This document shows, piece by piece, positions 9,258 through 18,293 of a stretch of DNA of 64,000 nt. Position 1 is the stretch's first letter. Every line of letters starts with the position of its first letter. The stretch comes from an uncultured Acidimicrobiales bacterium (GTDB lineage: Bacteria > Actinomycetota > Acidimicrobiia > Acidimicrobiales > SZUA-35). Under the pieces are notes generated by a model. It saw nothing but the letters and a program-made list of their open reading frames with translations, made no database searches and was not told the DNA's origin. The position numbers and the translations under genes are program-made. The stretch is from positions 962,572 to 1,026,571 of the forward strand of contig CAWDNZ010000004.1 of assembly GCA_963803845.1 (NCBI GenBank), in the 5' to 3' direction.

Positions 9258-10720
9258 TGGAGACCTACGACAACTGGATCAACGGCTCCTTTGTGGTGCC
9301 GGCGGAAGGTCGGCGAATGCTGACGTCCAACCCGTACACCGGTGCGGCGTGGGCCGAAGTGGCGGATGATCCGACCGCGGTCGATGTAGCGGTACGGGCC
9401 GCCCGGGCGGCTTTCGAAGACGGGCCATGGGCTACGATGTCGGGCCAGGAACGCGCTCGCTGTATGCGCCGACTGGGTGAGCTCACCACCCGTGAGGCCG
9501 ATGCTCTCGCCAAGATCGAAACGCGCGACAACGGCAAGATCATCCGGGAGACCACCGCTCAAGCCAAGAGTCTGCAGAGCTATCTCGACTACTTCGCCGG
9601 CATGACCGACAAGATCGTTGGTCAACAGATCCCCAGTCCTTCACCCAATTTCTTGGTTTACACCGAACGCGTACCAAAAGGCGTGGTGGGAGCGATCATC
9701 CCGTGGAATTCGCCGCTGGCTCTGCTCACTTGGAAGCTAGGTCCACTCTTGGCCTCGGGCTGCACGGTGGTGGTGAAGCCATCGGACATCACCCCGGTCA
9801 CCGCCCTGCTGCTGGCGCAGCTGGCAAGCGAGGCCGGGTTCCCTGACGGTGTGATCAACGTGGTGACCGGTGGTGCGGAGGTTGGTGCCGGCATTACATC
9901 GCATCCCGGCATCGACAAGATCACCTTCACCGGCGGGGGCGCCACGGCTCGGCACGTGGCTCGGGCGGCCGCCGAGAACCTCACGCCAACGGTGTTGGAA
10001 TTGGGAGGAAAGTCCCCCCAGATTCTCTTTGCCGACGCCGATCCCGAGGCAGCTACCAATGGTCTGCTGGCCGGGATCTTTGCCGCCAGCGGGCAGACGT
10101 GTGTCGCCGGTTCGCGGGCGTACATTCACGTTGACATCGCAGACGAGATCATCGCACGGCTCGTGAAGCGCGCCGGCGAATTGGTCCTGGGCGATCCCAG
10201 CGACATCGCAACCGAGATGGGCCCGGCGGCGTCCGATGCCCAGCGTGATCGAATCATCTCGATGGTGGATAAGGCCCGAGCAGAGGGCGCTACGATCGCC
10301 GCCGGGGGTGTAGTTGATCCAGAGTTGGGTGGACGGTTCGTCCGGCCCACCGTGATCACCGGTGTCGACAACCAAACATCGATCGTCCGGGAAGAGGTTT
10401 TCGGCCCGGTGCTGGCGGTGATGACCTTCACCGACGAGGACGAGGTAGTCGAACTGGCCAACGACTCCGACTACGGCCTTGCTGCCGGGGTCTGGACCAA
10501 CGACATCCGTCGCGGCCATCGCATGGCCCGCAAACTCAACGTTGGCACAGTCTGGATCAACACCTACCGCAACGTTAGCTACATGGCGCCCTTCGGTGGC
10601 TTCAAACAGTCCGGTTACGGTCGGGACAACGGGCTGGAAGCTCTCGACGGCTTCCTTCAGACCAAGACCGTGTGGGTTGAGTTGGCGGGCGCAACTCGCG
10701 ACCCGTTCGTGGTGGGCTAG
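9257..10720 (+). CDS. NAD(P)-dependent aldehyde dehydrogenase
   Basis: METYDNWINGSF start overlaps the ferredoxin stop (TGATG). ELGGKSP and the GQTCVAGSR catalytic Cys are present. Confidence 0.9.
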   Translation: METYDNWINGSFVVPAEGRRMLTSNPYTGAAWAEVADDPTAVDVAVRAARAAFEDGPWATMSGQERARCMRRLGELTTREADALAKIETRDNGKIIRETTAQAKSLQSYLDYFAGMTDKIVGQQIPSPSPNFLVYTERVPKGVVGAIIPWNSPLALLTWKLGPLLASGCTVVVKPSDITPVTALLLAQLASEAGFPDGVINVVTGGAEVGAGITSHPGIDKITFTGGGATARHVARAAAENLTPTVLELGGKSPQILFADADPEAATNGLLAGIFAASGQTCVAGSRAYIHVDIADEIIARLVKRAGELVLGDPSDIATEMGPAASDAQRDRIISMVDKARAEGATIAAGGVVDPELGGRFVRPTVITGVDNQTSIVREEVFGPVLAVMTFTDEDEVVELANDSDYGLAAGVWTNDIRRGHRMARKLNVGTVWINTYRNVSYMAPFGGFKQSGYGRDNGLEALDGFLQTKTVWVELAGATRDPFVVG

Positions 10721-11235
10721 TTGGGCTCGTGCGGGGTGTTCGGCTGCACGATCACGGCTTGCAGGAGCGTGGCGAGCTCGTTGATCTGCGGGCCGGTCAA
10801 GCCGCCCAACATCGCACCCGCTCTCTGATTGAATCGGGGAAACACCCTCTGAATGACCTCCTCGCCCTCGGGGGTGAGCGAGGTGTGCATTCGCCGGCGG
10901 TCCCGGTTGGTCCGGCGTATCTTCACCAGGCCCTGCGTCTCCAGTCCTTTCCTCACACCGGTGAGGGTTCCCAGCGTGAGGCCCAGCTCGGCGGCCAGAC
11001 GGGAGCTGTCCATCTCGCCCCACACCCACAGCACCCACAGCACGGCGAAGCCGCTCCACGAAAGGCCCTCCTCGGTCAGCACCTCCCGCTCGGCGGTGCG
11101 GCTCACCACGGTCGCAGCTCGGTAGATGTTGGAGACCGCTCGTTCCACCTCAAGGTCCACTGGCTGGCCCTCAAGCCGGGAGCGAATATCGGATTCGGCC
11201 TTCAGAAGAGCATCGGGGTCATAGTCATAGGGCAC
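10717..11235 (-). CDS. MarR family transcriptional regulator (MarR1)
   Basis: Winged-helix region LAAELGLTLGTLTGVRKGLETQGLVKIRRTNRDRR. GTG start at 11235. Its stop overlaps the convergent ALDH stop (CTAG). Confidence 0.85.
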   Translation of the reverse strand: MPYDYDPDALLKAESDIRSRLEGQPVDLEVERAVSNIYRAATVVSRTAEREVLTEEGLSWSGFAVLWVLWVWGEMDSSRLAAELGLTLGTLTGVRKGLETQGLVKIRRTNRDRRRMHTSLTPEGEEVIQRVFPRFNQRAGAMLGGLTGPQINELATLLQAVIVQPNTPHEPN

Positions 11236-11264
11236 GGCGCTTCCTTGCCACGGCGGGAGGGAGT

Positions 11265-11293
11265 TTGAGGTTGCTTTGGGTCCAAAGTAACGT
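11265..11293 (+). promoter_or_regulatory. Putative promoter TTGAGG-N17-TAACGT with operator CTTTGGGTCCAAAGT (11274-11288) in the spacer
   Basis: Same 15-nt core and same position in the spacer as at 505-519; lies in the divergent marR1 / P450-2 region. Confidence 0.5.
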
Positions 11294-11347
11294 GAAGCTC
11301 AGCACAATGCCCCACCATCGCCTATCGAGAACGAACCGAGAGCGGCC

Positions 11348-12592
11348 GTGACCCCCGCCGCCGCGCCCATCGATTTGAACGATCCGGCAACGTTCGCGGC
11401 CGGGATTCCTCACGAGGGCTTTTCCCAGATGCGAGCCGCCCCGGGGTTGTGTTGGTCCCCCGCCGGCCGGGGCGCAACGGCCGGCTTCTGGTCTGTCGCT
11501 CGCCACGCCGATCTTGGTGTGGTCTCCCGCGACTCCGCAACCTATTCCTCGGCCGTCGGCCATATCCAGATCTACGACATCGACGTTGACGCTCTGGATG
11601 CTCGGGCCTCCATGATCGACATGGACCCGCCGATCCACACCCGGCTACGGCGACTGGTGAGTTCGGCATTCACTCCTCGACATGTGCTGGCCTACACCGC
11701 GGCGGTTCGAAACCGCATACGCGCCGCGCTGGATGACCTTCAGGTCAACGGCGGTGGAGACTGGGTGAAGACGGTGGCTGCTCCGATCCCGATTGGCGTG
11801 ATCTGCGATCTGATGGGTGTTCCTGAAGAGGATCATCGCTACATGATCGAACTCTCGGATCATCTCGTAGCAGGCACCGGACAGGAGCCGTTGGAGCCCA
11901 CTGCGTACGGCAACACCACCGAGCTCCGGCTGCTCCCGTTCAACAGCCCGGCCGCATCGGCGATGTCCGCCTACGCCAACAAACTGGCCGACCGCCGCCG
12001 CTTGGCTCCAACTGACGATCTGATCTCCAAACTGATTACGGCCGAGATCGACGGTGAGCGACTGACACCCGACGAGTTCGCCAACTTTTTCCGGCTCATG
12101 ATTTTCGCTGGCAACGAAACCACGCGGTCGTCCATGGCCCACCTCGCCCTTCACCTCCAGCAGTTCCCGGATGCGTTTGCCGCGGTGGAACGGGATCGCT
12201 CACTGCTCCCTGCCGTGGCAGATGAGGTCATCCGTTACTCCTCGCCCATCCTCTACTTCCGGCGCACGGTCACTAAGGCAACCGAACTCGCCGGCACCCC
12301 GCTGACCGTTGGCGACAAGGTTGTCATGTGGTATGCATCGGCCAACTTCGACGCAACGGTCTTTCCCTCACCGCAGGAGTTCCGGGTGGATCGGCCGTCG
12401 GTCCCTGCCCATGTGGCTTTCGGCGGCGGTGGGGCTCACTATTGCCTCGGCGCCTCCCTGGCCCGGCTGGAAGTTTCCGTACTCATCGACGAGATCCTCG
12501 ATCGGCGGTTGCGGCCGGTCTCCACCGGCCAGCCGATCTTTGTGGAATCCAACTTCGTCAACGGCATAGAGTCACTCCCGGTGCACCTATGA
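11348..12592 (+). CDS. Cytochrome P450 (paralog 2)
   Basis: FGGGGAHYCLG, AGNETT, GTG start. Clearly paralogous to P450-1 (shared GNTTELRLLPFNSPA). Confidence 0.9.
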   Translation: MTPAAAPIDLNDPATFAAGIPHEGFSQMRAAPGLCWSPAGRGATAGFWSVARHADLGVVSRDSATYSSAVGHIQIYDIDVDALDARASMIDMDPPIHTRLRRLVSSAFTPRHVLAYTAAVRNRIRAALDDLQVNGGGDWVKTVAAPIPIGVICDLMGVPEEDHRYMIELSDHLVAGTGQEPLEPTAYGNTTELRLLPFNSPAASAMSAYANKLADRRRLAPTDDLISKLITAEIDGERLTPDEFANFFRLMIFAGNETTRSSMAHLALHLQQFPDAFAAVERDRSLLPAVADEVIRYSSPILYFRRTVTKATELAGTPLTVGDKVVMWYASANFDATVFPSPQEFRVDRPSVPAHVAFGGGGAHYCLGASLARLEVSVLIDEILDRRLRPVSTGQPIFVESNFVNGIESLPVHL

Positions 12593-13791
12593 CGGTTGAT
12601 GCCTTTGGCGCCCCGGTTGCGGCTGCTTCACCCGAATCGGTGATGGCGTGGGATGCGGCATGGATGGATTTTTACCACTTCGAGGGGCAGGCATTCCGGC
12701 TGCTGGCCGCCGCCAACGACACCGATGACGCCTTCGCCCTGGGGTCTGTCTTTTGCGGCACTTATCGGATCTTGGGTGGATCCGCCCCCGATTCGTACCG
12801 GGTCCAAACGGATCTGGAACGAGCCCGCACCCGCTCGAGCAGCGACCGCGAGCTCAGCCATTTGGACGCTCTGGGCCATATGGTCGATGGCGACTTCAGC
12901 CGTGCCGCCAAACGCTGGGATAGTATTGCCGCCGCCTGCCATGATCTGGCCGCAGTGCGATTCGCTCACGATGTCTACCTGCATGTAGGTGATGATCACG
13001 GCCGGCTCGCTTCCAGTTCGCGGGCTGCCGCCGATTGGCCAAAGGACGCCGCCGGCGGTGGATTCGTGCTTGGTCAATACTCCTTCGCACTGGAGGAGGC
13101 CGGTGACTACGCCGCCGCGGAAGATGTCGGTTGGCAGGCGTTGGAACGTGACCATCGGGACCTCTGGGCTCTCCACGCCCTCGCCCATGTCTATGAGAGC
13201 ACGGAGAGTCATACTCAGGCCTTGGATCTCCTGCGAGGGCGAATGGAAACGTGGAGCCAACAGCCAGCCCTCGCCACGCACATTTGGTGGCATCTTGCGC
13301 TCCGTCTGATCGCCGCCGGATCCTTCGACGAGGTGTTGGCGATCCACGACTCGCTCCAGCCCGAGACAACGATGCCGTTCGGGCTCAGTGATTTGGCCTC
13401 GCTCCTCTGGAGGCTCGAATTGGTGGGAGTGGATGTTGGTGGTCGGTGGAAGCCCCTCGCCGACGCGTTCGCATCCCGGCACGAGCAGCACACCGTTGGG
13501 TTTCTCGACCTTCACTTTGCGCTGGTCTTTGCCCGCTGTCCGGATCATCCCGCCGCAGCGACGTTCTTCGCCAGCGTCCTCGAGCGGCACGCTGGTGCGG
13601 CCGAGAACAACGAGACTTTTCAGAATGTCGTGAAACCGCTCACCGAGGCGATTCGGATCAGCGGCAGCCAACCCGATTGCGCCCTCACACTGCTGCAATC
13701 GATCGAAGCCGATACGTATCGGATCGGCGGCAGCATCGCCCAACGAGACCTGATCAACCGAACCCGGACGGCCCTGGAGGCGCACCGATGA
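12589..13791 (+). CDS. TTC38-family tetratricopeptide-repeat protein
   Basis: ATGA overlap with the P450-2 stop. Blocks RFAHDVYLHVG, HIWWHLALRLI and IGGSIAQRDL align with my recollection of TTC38. Confidence 0.7.
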   Translation: MTVDAFGAPVAAASPESVMAWDAAWMDFYHFEGQAFRLLAAANDTDDAFALGSVFCGTYRILGGSAPDSYRVQTDLERARTRSSSDRELSHLDALGHMVDGDFSRAAKRWDSIAAACHDLAAVRFAHDVYLHVGDDHGRLASSSRAAADWPKDAAGGGFVLGQYSFALEEAGDYAAAEDVGWQALERDHRDLWALHALAHVYESTESHTQALDLLRGRMETWSQQPALATHIWWHLALRLIAAGSFDEVLAIHDSLQPETTMPFGLSDLASLLWRLELVGVDVGGRWKPLADAFASRHEQHTVGFLDLHFALVFARCPDHPAAATFFASVLERHAGAAENNETFQNVVKPLTEAIRISGSQPDCALTLLQSIEADTYRIGGSIAQRDLINRTRTALEAHR

Positions 13792-14993
13792 CATGGCAAC
13801 TCAGCCCCGAACAGATCGACCTTCAGACTCGGGCCCGACAACTGGCCACCACCGTGATCGGGCCGCGTGCGGTTGAGGTCGACGCCGCGGAGCAGTACCC
13901 GTGGGAGAACGTCGCGGCGCTCAAGGAGGCCGGTTTCACCGGGATGACCGTTCCCCGGGAGCTGGGCGGGGCGGGCCGATCCTTCCTCGATGCCGTCCTC
14001 GTTGTGGAGGAGATGGCCAAGGTGTGTGGCGTAACCGGCCGTATCGCCGTGGAATGCAACATGGGAGCGATCTCGGCGGTGATGGCGTACGGGACCGATG
14101 GGCAGAAGAAGCTCGCTGCTGACCTCGTACTCAATGGCGACAAGCCAGCGATCTGCATCACCGAACCTGGTGCCGGTAGCTCGGCGTCACAGATGACAAC
14201 TCGCGCCGATCGAGTTGGCAGCGACTACGTCTTGAACGGCAAGAAACACTGGATCACGGGTGGAACCGTGTCGTTGCTTCACCTGATTTTCGCTCGGGTG
14301 TTCGATGAGGATGGGAACGAGGAGGGGATCGGTGGCTTCTTGGCAGTGCGCGATGAAACTCCCGGCCTGAGCTTTGGAAAACGGGAGCCGACCATGGGGC
14401 TTCGAGGTATCCCGGAGATGGAGGTGATCTTCACCGACATGCTGATCCCCGCCAGCATGGTGCTGATGCCGCCCTCCGGTTTCAAACGGGGCTTCGCAGA
14501 CCTCATGAACGCCTACAACTCTCAGCGGGTGGGGGCCGGAACGGTGGGCCTGGGAATCGCCCAAGGCGCTTACGAGCTGGCGTTGGCCTATGCCAAAGAA
14601 CGCCAACAGTTCGATCGCCCGATCGCCGAGTTCCAGGGACTTCAGTGGATGCTGGCAGACATGTCGGTGAAGCTGGAGGCGGCCCGCAGCCTCACCTACC
14701 GTGCGGCGGAGTCTCGGGGGGCAGACGGGTCGCCGTTTCCCGATGCCGCAATGGCCGCTCAGGCCAAGATCTTTACCGCCGAGGCGGCGATTCAAGTGGT
14801 GAATGATGCCCTTCAGGTCTTTGGGGCGGCCGGTTACAGCCGGGACAATCCGTTGGAACGCATGTACCGCGACGTTCGTATGTTCACCATCGGTGGAGGC
14901 ACGGCTCAAATCCTCCGCACCGTGGTTGCGTCTCGAATTTTGGATATGAAACTGCCGCAGACCCGCGGCGGGTTCCTCCCTCGTGACGCCTGA
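13788..14993 (+). CDS. Acyl-CoA dehydrogenase
   Basis: ATGA overlap start (MTWQLSPEQIDLQ...). Canonical ACAD blocks, including the C-terminal IGGGTAQILR. Confidence 0.9.
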   Translation: MTWQLSPEQIDLQTRARQLATTVIGPRAVEVDAAEQYPWENVAALKEAGFTGMTVPRELGGAGRSFLDAVLVVEEMAKVCGVTGRIAVECNMGAISAVMAYGTDGQKKLAADLVLNGDKPAICITEPGAGSSASQMTTRADRVGSDYVLNGKKHWITGGTVSLLHLIFARVFDEDGNEEGIGGFLAVRDETPGLSFGKREPTMGLRGIPEMEVIFTDMLIPASMVLMPPSGFKRGFADLMNAYNSQRVGAGTVGLGIAQGAYELALAYAKERQQFDRPIAEFQGLQWMLADMSVKLEAARSLTYRAAESRGADGSPFPDAAMAAQAKIFTAEAAIQVVNDALQVFGAAGYSRDNPLERMYRDVRMFTIGGGTAQILRTVVASRILDMKLPQTRGGFLPRDA

Positions 14994-16150
14994 TGCCTGC
15001 TCCTCTCGACGGTGTCCTTGTGGTGGCTCTGGAGCAAGCCGTGTCTGCCCCCTTTGCCACCCGTCAACTGGCCGATCTCGGCGCTGAGGTCCTCAAGGTG
15101 GAGCGCCCCGGCGAGGGAGAGTTCGCCCGGCACTATGACTCCGCAGTTGGGGGAACGTCGGCGTTCTTCGTGTGGGCCAACCGCGGCAAGCAGAGCATCG
15201 AGCTGGATATCAAGAATCCCACCGATCGGGCCACACTCGACCGCTTGATCGCGGGGGCCGACGTCTTCATCCAGAATATGTCGACCGCAGCAGCCGGTCG
15301 GCTGGGGCTGCTGGCTGATCAGCTCCGAGTGACCAATCCGAAGTTGATTGCGTGTGACATTTCGGGATATGGCCAGGGCGGTCCTCGAACCGACGACAAG
15401 GCATACGACCTCGCCATCCAGGCGGAAGCCGGCGCCATCGCCCTTACCGGAAGCGCCGAGGCCGTCTCAAAGGTGGGGTTCTCTGTGGCCGACATCAGCT
15501 CGGCGATGTATGCGTTCTCTTCCATCCTCGCTGCCTTGTATCGACGTCAGGCGACCGGTGAGGGCGCTTCGATCGAGGTGTCGATGTTGGAGAGTCTGGC
15601 CGAATGGACCGCCGTCCCCACCTATGCCGCCGTTGGACGGGGCGTGATCCCGCAACGGGCGGGCCATCGCCATGCCATGATCGCTCCGTACGGGATGTAT
15701 GCCCTCGCTGACGGCGAGATCATCATGATCGCAGTGCAGAGCAATCGGGAGTTCGTGTCGTTTGCCGAGCATGTACTTTGTGATGCAACCCTGAGCGAGG
15801 ACGTGAGGTTCGTCAACAATGACGACCGGATCGCCAACATCACCGCTCTCGAGAATGTGATCAACGAGACCTTTCGTTCGGTACCTGCGGGTGAGATCCG
15901 GGACCGCCTCCGGCTTGGCCGGATTACGCACAGCTCGGTTCGGGATCCGCATTCCCTGTGGCAGCACGAACAGCTACGGGCTCGGGGCCGCTTCATGACC
16001 GTGACCACCCCAACGGGCGAGGCCGAGGTCTATCGGTCACCGTTCAATATCAGCGGGGTTTCTGCACCACTCGCCACGATTCCGGCCCTCGGCGAGGACG
16101 CCACCGGGATCGTCGCTCGACTACTCGAACGGGCGGACCAGGGTGCCTGA
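14993..16150 (+). CDS. Family III CoA-transferase (CaiB/BaiF/Mcr-like)
   Basis: N-terminal LDGVLVVALEQAVSAPFATRQLADLGAEVLKVERP signature. Confidence 0.85.
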   Translation: MPAPLDGVLVVALEQAVSAPFATRQLADLGAEVLKVERPGEGEFARHYDSAVGGTSAFFVWANRGKQSIELDIKNPTDRATLDRLIAGADVFIQNMSTAAAGRLGLLADQLRVTNPKLIACDISGYGQGGPRTDDKAYDLAIQAEAGAIALTGSAEAVSKVGFSVADISSAMYAFSSILAALYRRQATGEGASIEVSMLESLAEWTAVPTYAAVGRGVIPQRAGHRHAMIAPYGMYALADGEIIMIAVQSNREFVSFAEHVLCDATLSEDVRFVNNDDRIANITALENVINETFRSVPAGEIRDRLRLGRITHSSVRDPHSLWQHEQLRARGRFMTVTTPTGEAEVYRSPFNISGVSAPLATIPALGEDATGIVARLLERADQGA

Positions 16151-16961
16151 TCGGCAGGCGCATACGGCATGGCGTGAGTCTGGTTCCGGTGAGCCGTTGG
16201 TCTTCTTGCACGGGTTGGGGGGCAGCGCGGATTCGTGGGGGCCACAGCTGGCCGACCTGAGCCAGTCCCGGCGCTGTATCGCCTGGGATATGCCCGGTTA
16301 TGGCGACTCTGATCCCGAAGACCCGCTCACCTATGAGGCGATCGCCGAGCGACTGGTGGCATTTCTCGATCGGTTGGCGATCGACCAGGCCGACCTGGTT
16401 GGCCTGTCGTTCGGAGGGATGCATGCCTTGCATACGGCCCTTGGTTTCCCCGACCGGGTTCGCCGCTTAGTGTTGGCCGACACCAGTCCGGAGTTTGGAA
16501 TGGATGGCACCGATCCGGAGGAGTGGAAGGCGGCTCGGCTTGCGGCGATCGGTGAGGGGCAAACACCGGGGTCGATCGGAGCAAGCGTTTTGGACGGCAT
16601 CGTGGCCCGACCGTTGGCGCCGGAAGTTCGTGAGGCGCTCATCGCATCGTTCGATCGTATTCCGGTGAGTGGGTTCCGAGCTGCGGTGGCGTGCCTCCCC
16701 GAAAACAGTATTCGCGATCAGCTCGGCGAGATTCCCCACCCGGCTCTGGTGATCGTGGGCGAACTGGATCAGGAGACACCGGTGTCCTATGCCCAGGCGT
16801 TGGCGGACGGCCTGCCAAATGCGCAGCTGGTGGTAATGCCGGGCGTTGGGCATCTGACTCCGTCCGAGGACCCCGATAGCTTCAATCGGCATGTTCGAGA
16901 GTTTCTCGATCTCACTTCCACTCTGACCACCACCAAGACATCCCAGGAGAACGCACCGTGA
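16143..16961 (+). CDS. Alpha/beta-fold hydrolase
   Basis: HGLGGS oxyanion region, GLSFGG nucleophile elbow, C-terminal GHL. Confidence 0.8.
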   Translation: MPDRQAHTAWRESGSGEPLVFLHGLGGSADSWGPQLADLSQSRRCIAWDMPGYGDSDPEDPLTYEAIAERLVAFLDRLAIDQADLVGLSFGGMHALHTALGFPDRVRRLVLADTSPEFGMDGTDPEEWKAARLAAIGEGQTPGSIGASVLDGIVARPLAPEVREALIASFDRIPVSGFRAAVACLPENSIRDQLGEIPHPALVIVGELDQETPVSYAQALADGLPNAQLVVMPGVGHLTPSEDPDSFNRHVREFLDLTSTLTTTKTSQENAP

Positions 16962-18169
16962 CCCTTGCTGGAATGGCCTATTCCGATGGCCTTCTCACCC
17001 CGGCCCGCGCCGAGGCGGTGGAGTTGATGCGGGCGCTCGGTCCCACGATCGCCGAACGATCGGCGAAATACGATCGAGAAGCCAGTTTTCCCTACGAAAA
17101 CTGGGATGATTTCGCAAATGCCGGTTTACTGGGTCTCTGCATCCCAATCGAGGCTGGCGGCCGGGGTTTGGATTTTGTGGGCTACGCCTTAGTGGCCGAG
17201 GAGCTCGGTCGGCACTGCACCGCCACCGCCCTCACGTTCAACATGCACATCGCTACCACGTTGCTCACCGGCCAAATCGCCGACGACATGCAACTCACCG
17301 CGGACGAACGAGCCCTGTTGCACGAGCGGCGCTCGCTGCTTCAAGCCGGCGTGATCGAGCGGCAGTTGATTCACAGCCAACCCTTCTCCGAAGGGATGTC
17401 CGCAGGCGCAACATCCGGCTTTGGCACAATGGCCGTTCCGGTGGAGGGTGGCTATCGGGTCACCGGTCGGAAGATCTTTGCTTCGCTCAGCGGAGCCGCC
17501 AACATCAACAACGTGGTGTGCATGGTTGAGGGAGATCCTCGAGTGCGTCTCCTTGGCGTGCCAGCCGACGGTGAAGGGGTGCGGATCGAGGGCGACTGGG
17601 ATCCGCTGGGGATGCGAGCCACCGACAGCCGGAACCTCGTGATGGACAACGTGTTCGTTCCCGCCGAGCACGAGTGGATCCCGCCCGGCATGTTCGATCA
17701 AGCTGCCCAACGCTGGCCCTATTTTTACATGACGCTCTCGTTCGCATACGTTGGCCTGATGCGCGGTGTTATGGACGCCACCGCCGAGTATCTCATCGGT
17801 GACGGTGGCCCCAACGCCCGCCGCAACCATCCCATCAAGCAGCAGGGGTGGACGGCGATGAACCTCATTTATGAGCAGGCCCAAGGGCTTTGTTATCGGG
17901 TACTCGGCGAGACGGGGGTGGACCCCACTCCGGCCGCGGTCAGGCGAGCCTGGGCATCGACGGTGACCACCATGGAAGGGTCGGCCGAACTGGCCTCTCT
18001 TGCCTTACGGGTATGCGGCGGTCGTTCGCTTTTGCGACCCTCCCGCCTGGAGCAGTTCTACCGCGATGCCCGCTGCGGTGCCACCATGCTCCCGTGGAGC
18101 GTGGAGGTCTGCATGGATCGCCTCGGCCGAGCCGACCTCTTCCGAGACGACTCCGAGTCCCCGGCATGA
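16958..18169 (+). CDS. Acyl-CoA dehydrogenase family protein (divergent)
   Basis: ACAD-like length and N-terminal and middle domains; weaker C-terminal similarity. Confidence 0.7.
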   Translation: MTLAGMAYSDGLLTPARAEAVELMRALGPTIAERSAKYDREASFPYENWDDFANAGLLGLCIPIEAGGRGLDFVGYALVAEELGRHCTATALTFNMHIATTLLTGQIADDMQLTADERALLHERRSLLQAGVIERQLIHSQPFSEGMSAGATSGFGTMAVPVEGGYRVTGRKIFASLSGAANINNVVCMVEGDPRVRLLGVPADGEGVRIEGDWDPLGMRATDSRNLVMDNVFVPAEHEWIPPGMFDQAAQRWPYFYMTLSFAYVGLMRGVMDATAEYLIGDGGPNARRNHPIKQQGWTAMNLIYEQAQGLCYRVLGETGVDPTPAAVRRAWASTVTTMEGSAELASLALRVCGGRSLLRPSRLEQFYRDARCGATMLPWSVEVCMDRLGRADLFRDDSESPA

Positions 18170-18293
18170 CCCGTGGTTCGATGACAGTGAGCTCCGATGA
18201 CCTGAGCTCCGATGACCTGAGCTCCGATGACCTGAGCTCCGATGACCCGTGGTTCGATGACAGGGCGTTCCGATGACAGGGTGGTCTCGATGA
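18166..18293 (+). repeat. Junction VNTR: nine ATGA start/stop overlaps spaced 15-17 nt, including 3 exact units of ATGACCTGAGCTCCG
   Basis: ATGA at 18166, 18181, 18197, 18212, 18227, 18242, 18257, 18273 and 18290, read directly. Confidence 0.95.

Noticed and set aside
18166-18262. tRNA-like GGTTCGA strings in the junction repeat (CCGTGGTTCGATGAC occurs twice)
   Set aside because: No acceptor, anticodon or D-arm pairing is possible around them. They are part of the 15-bp repeat units.
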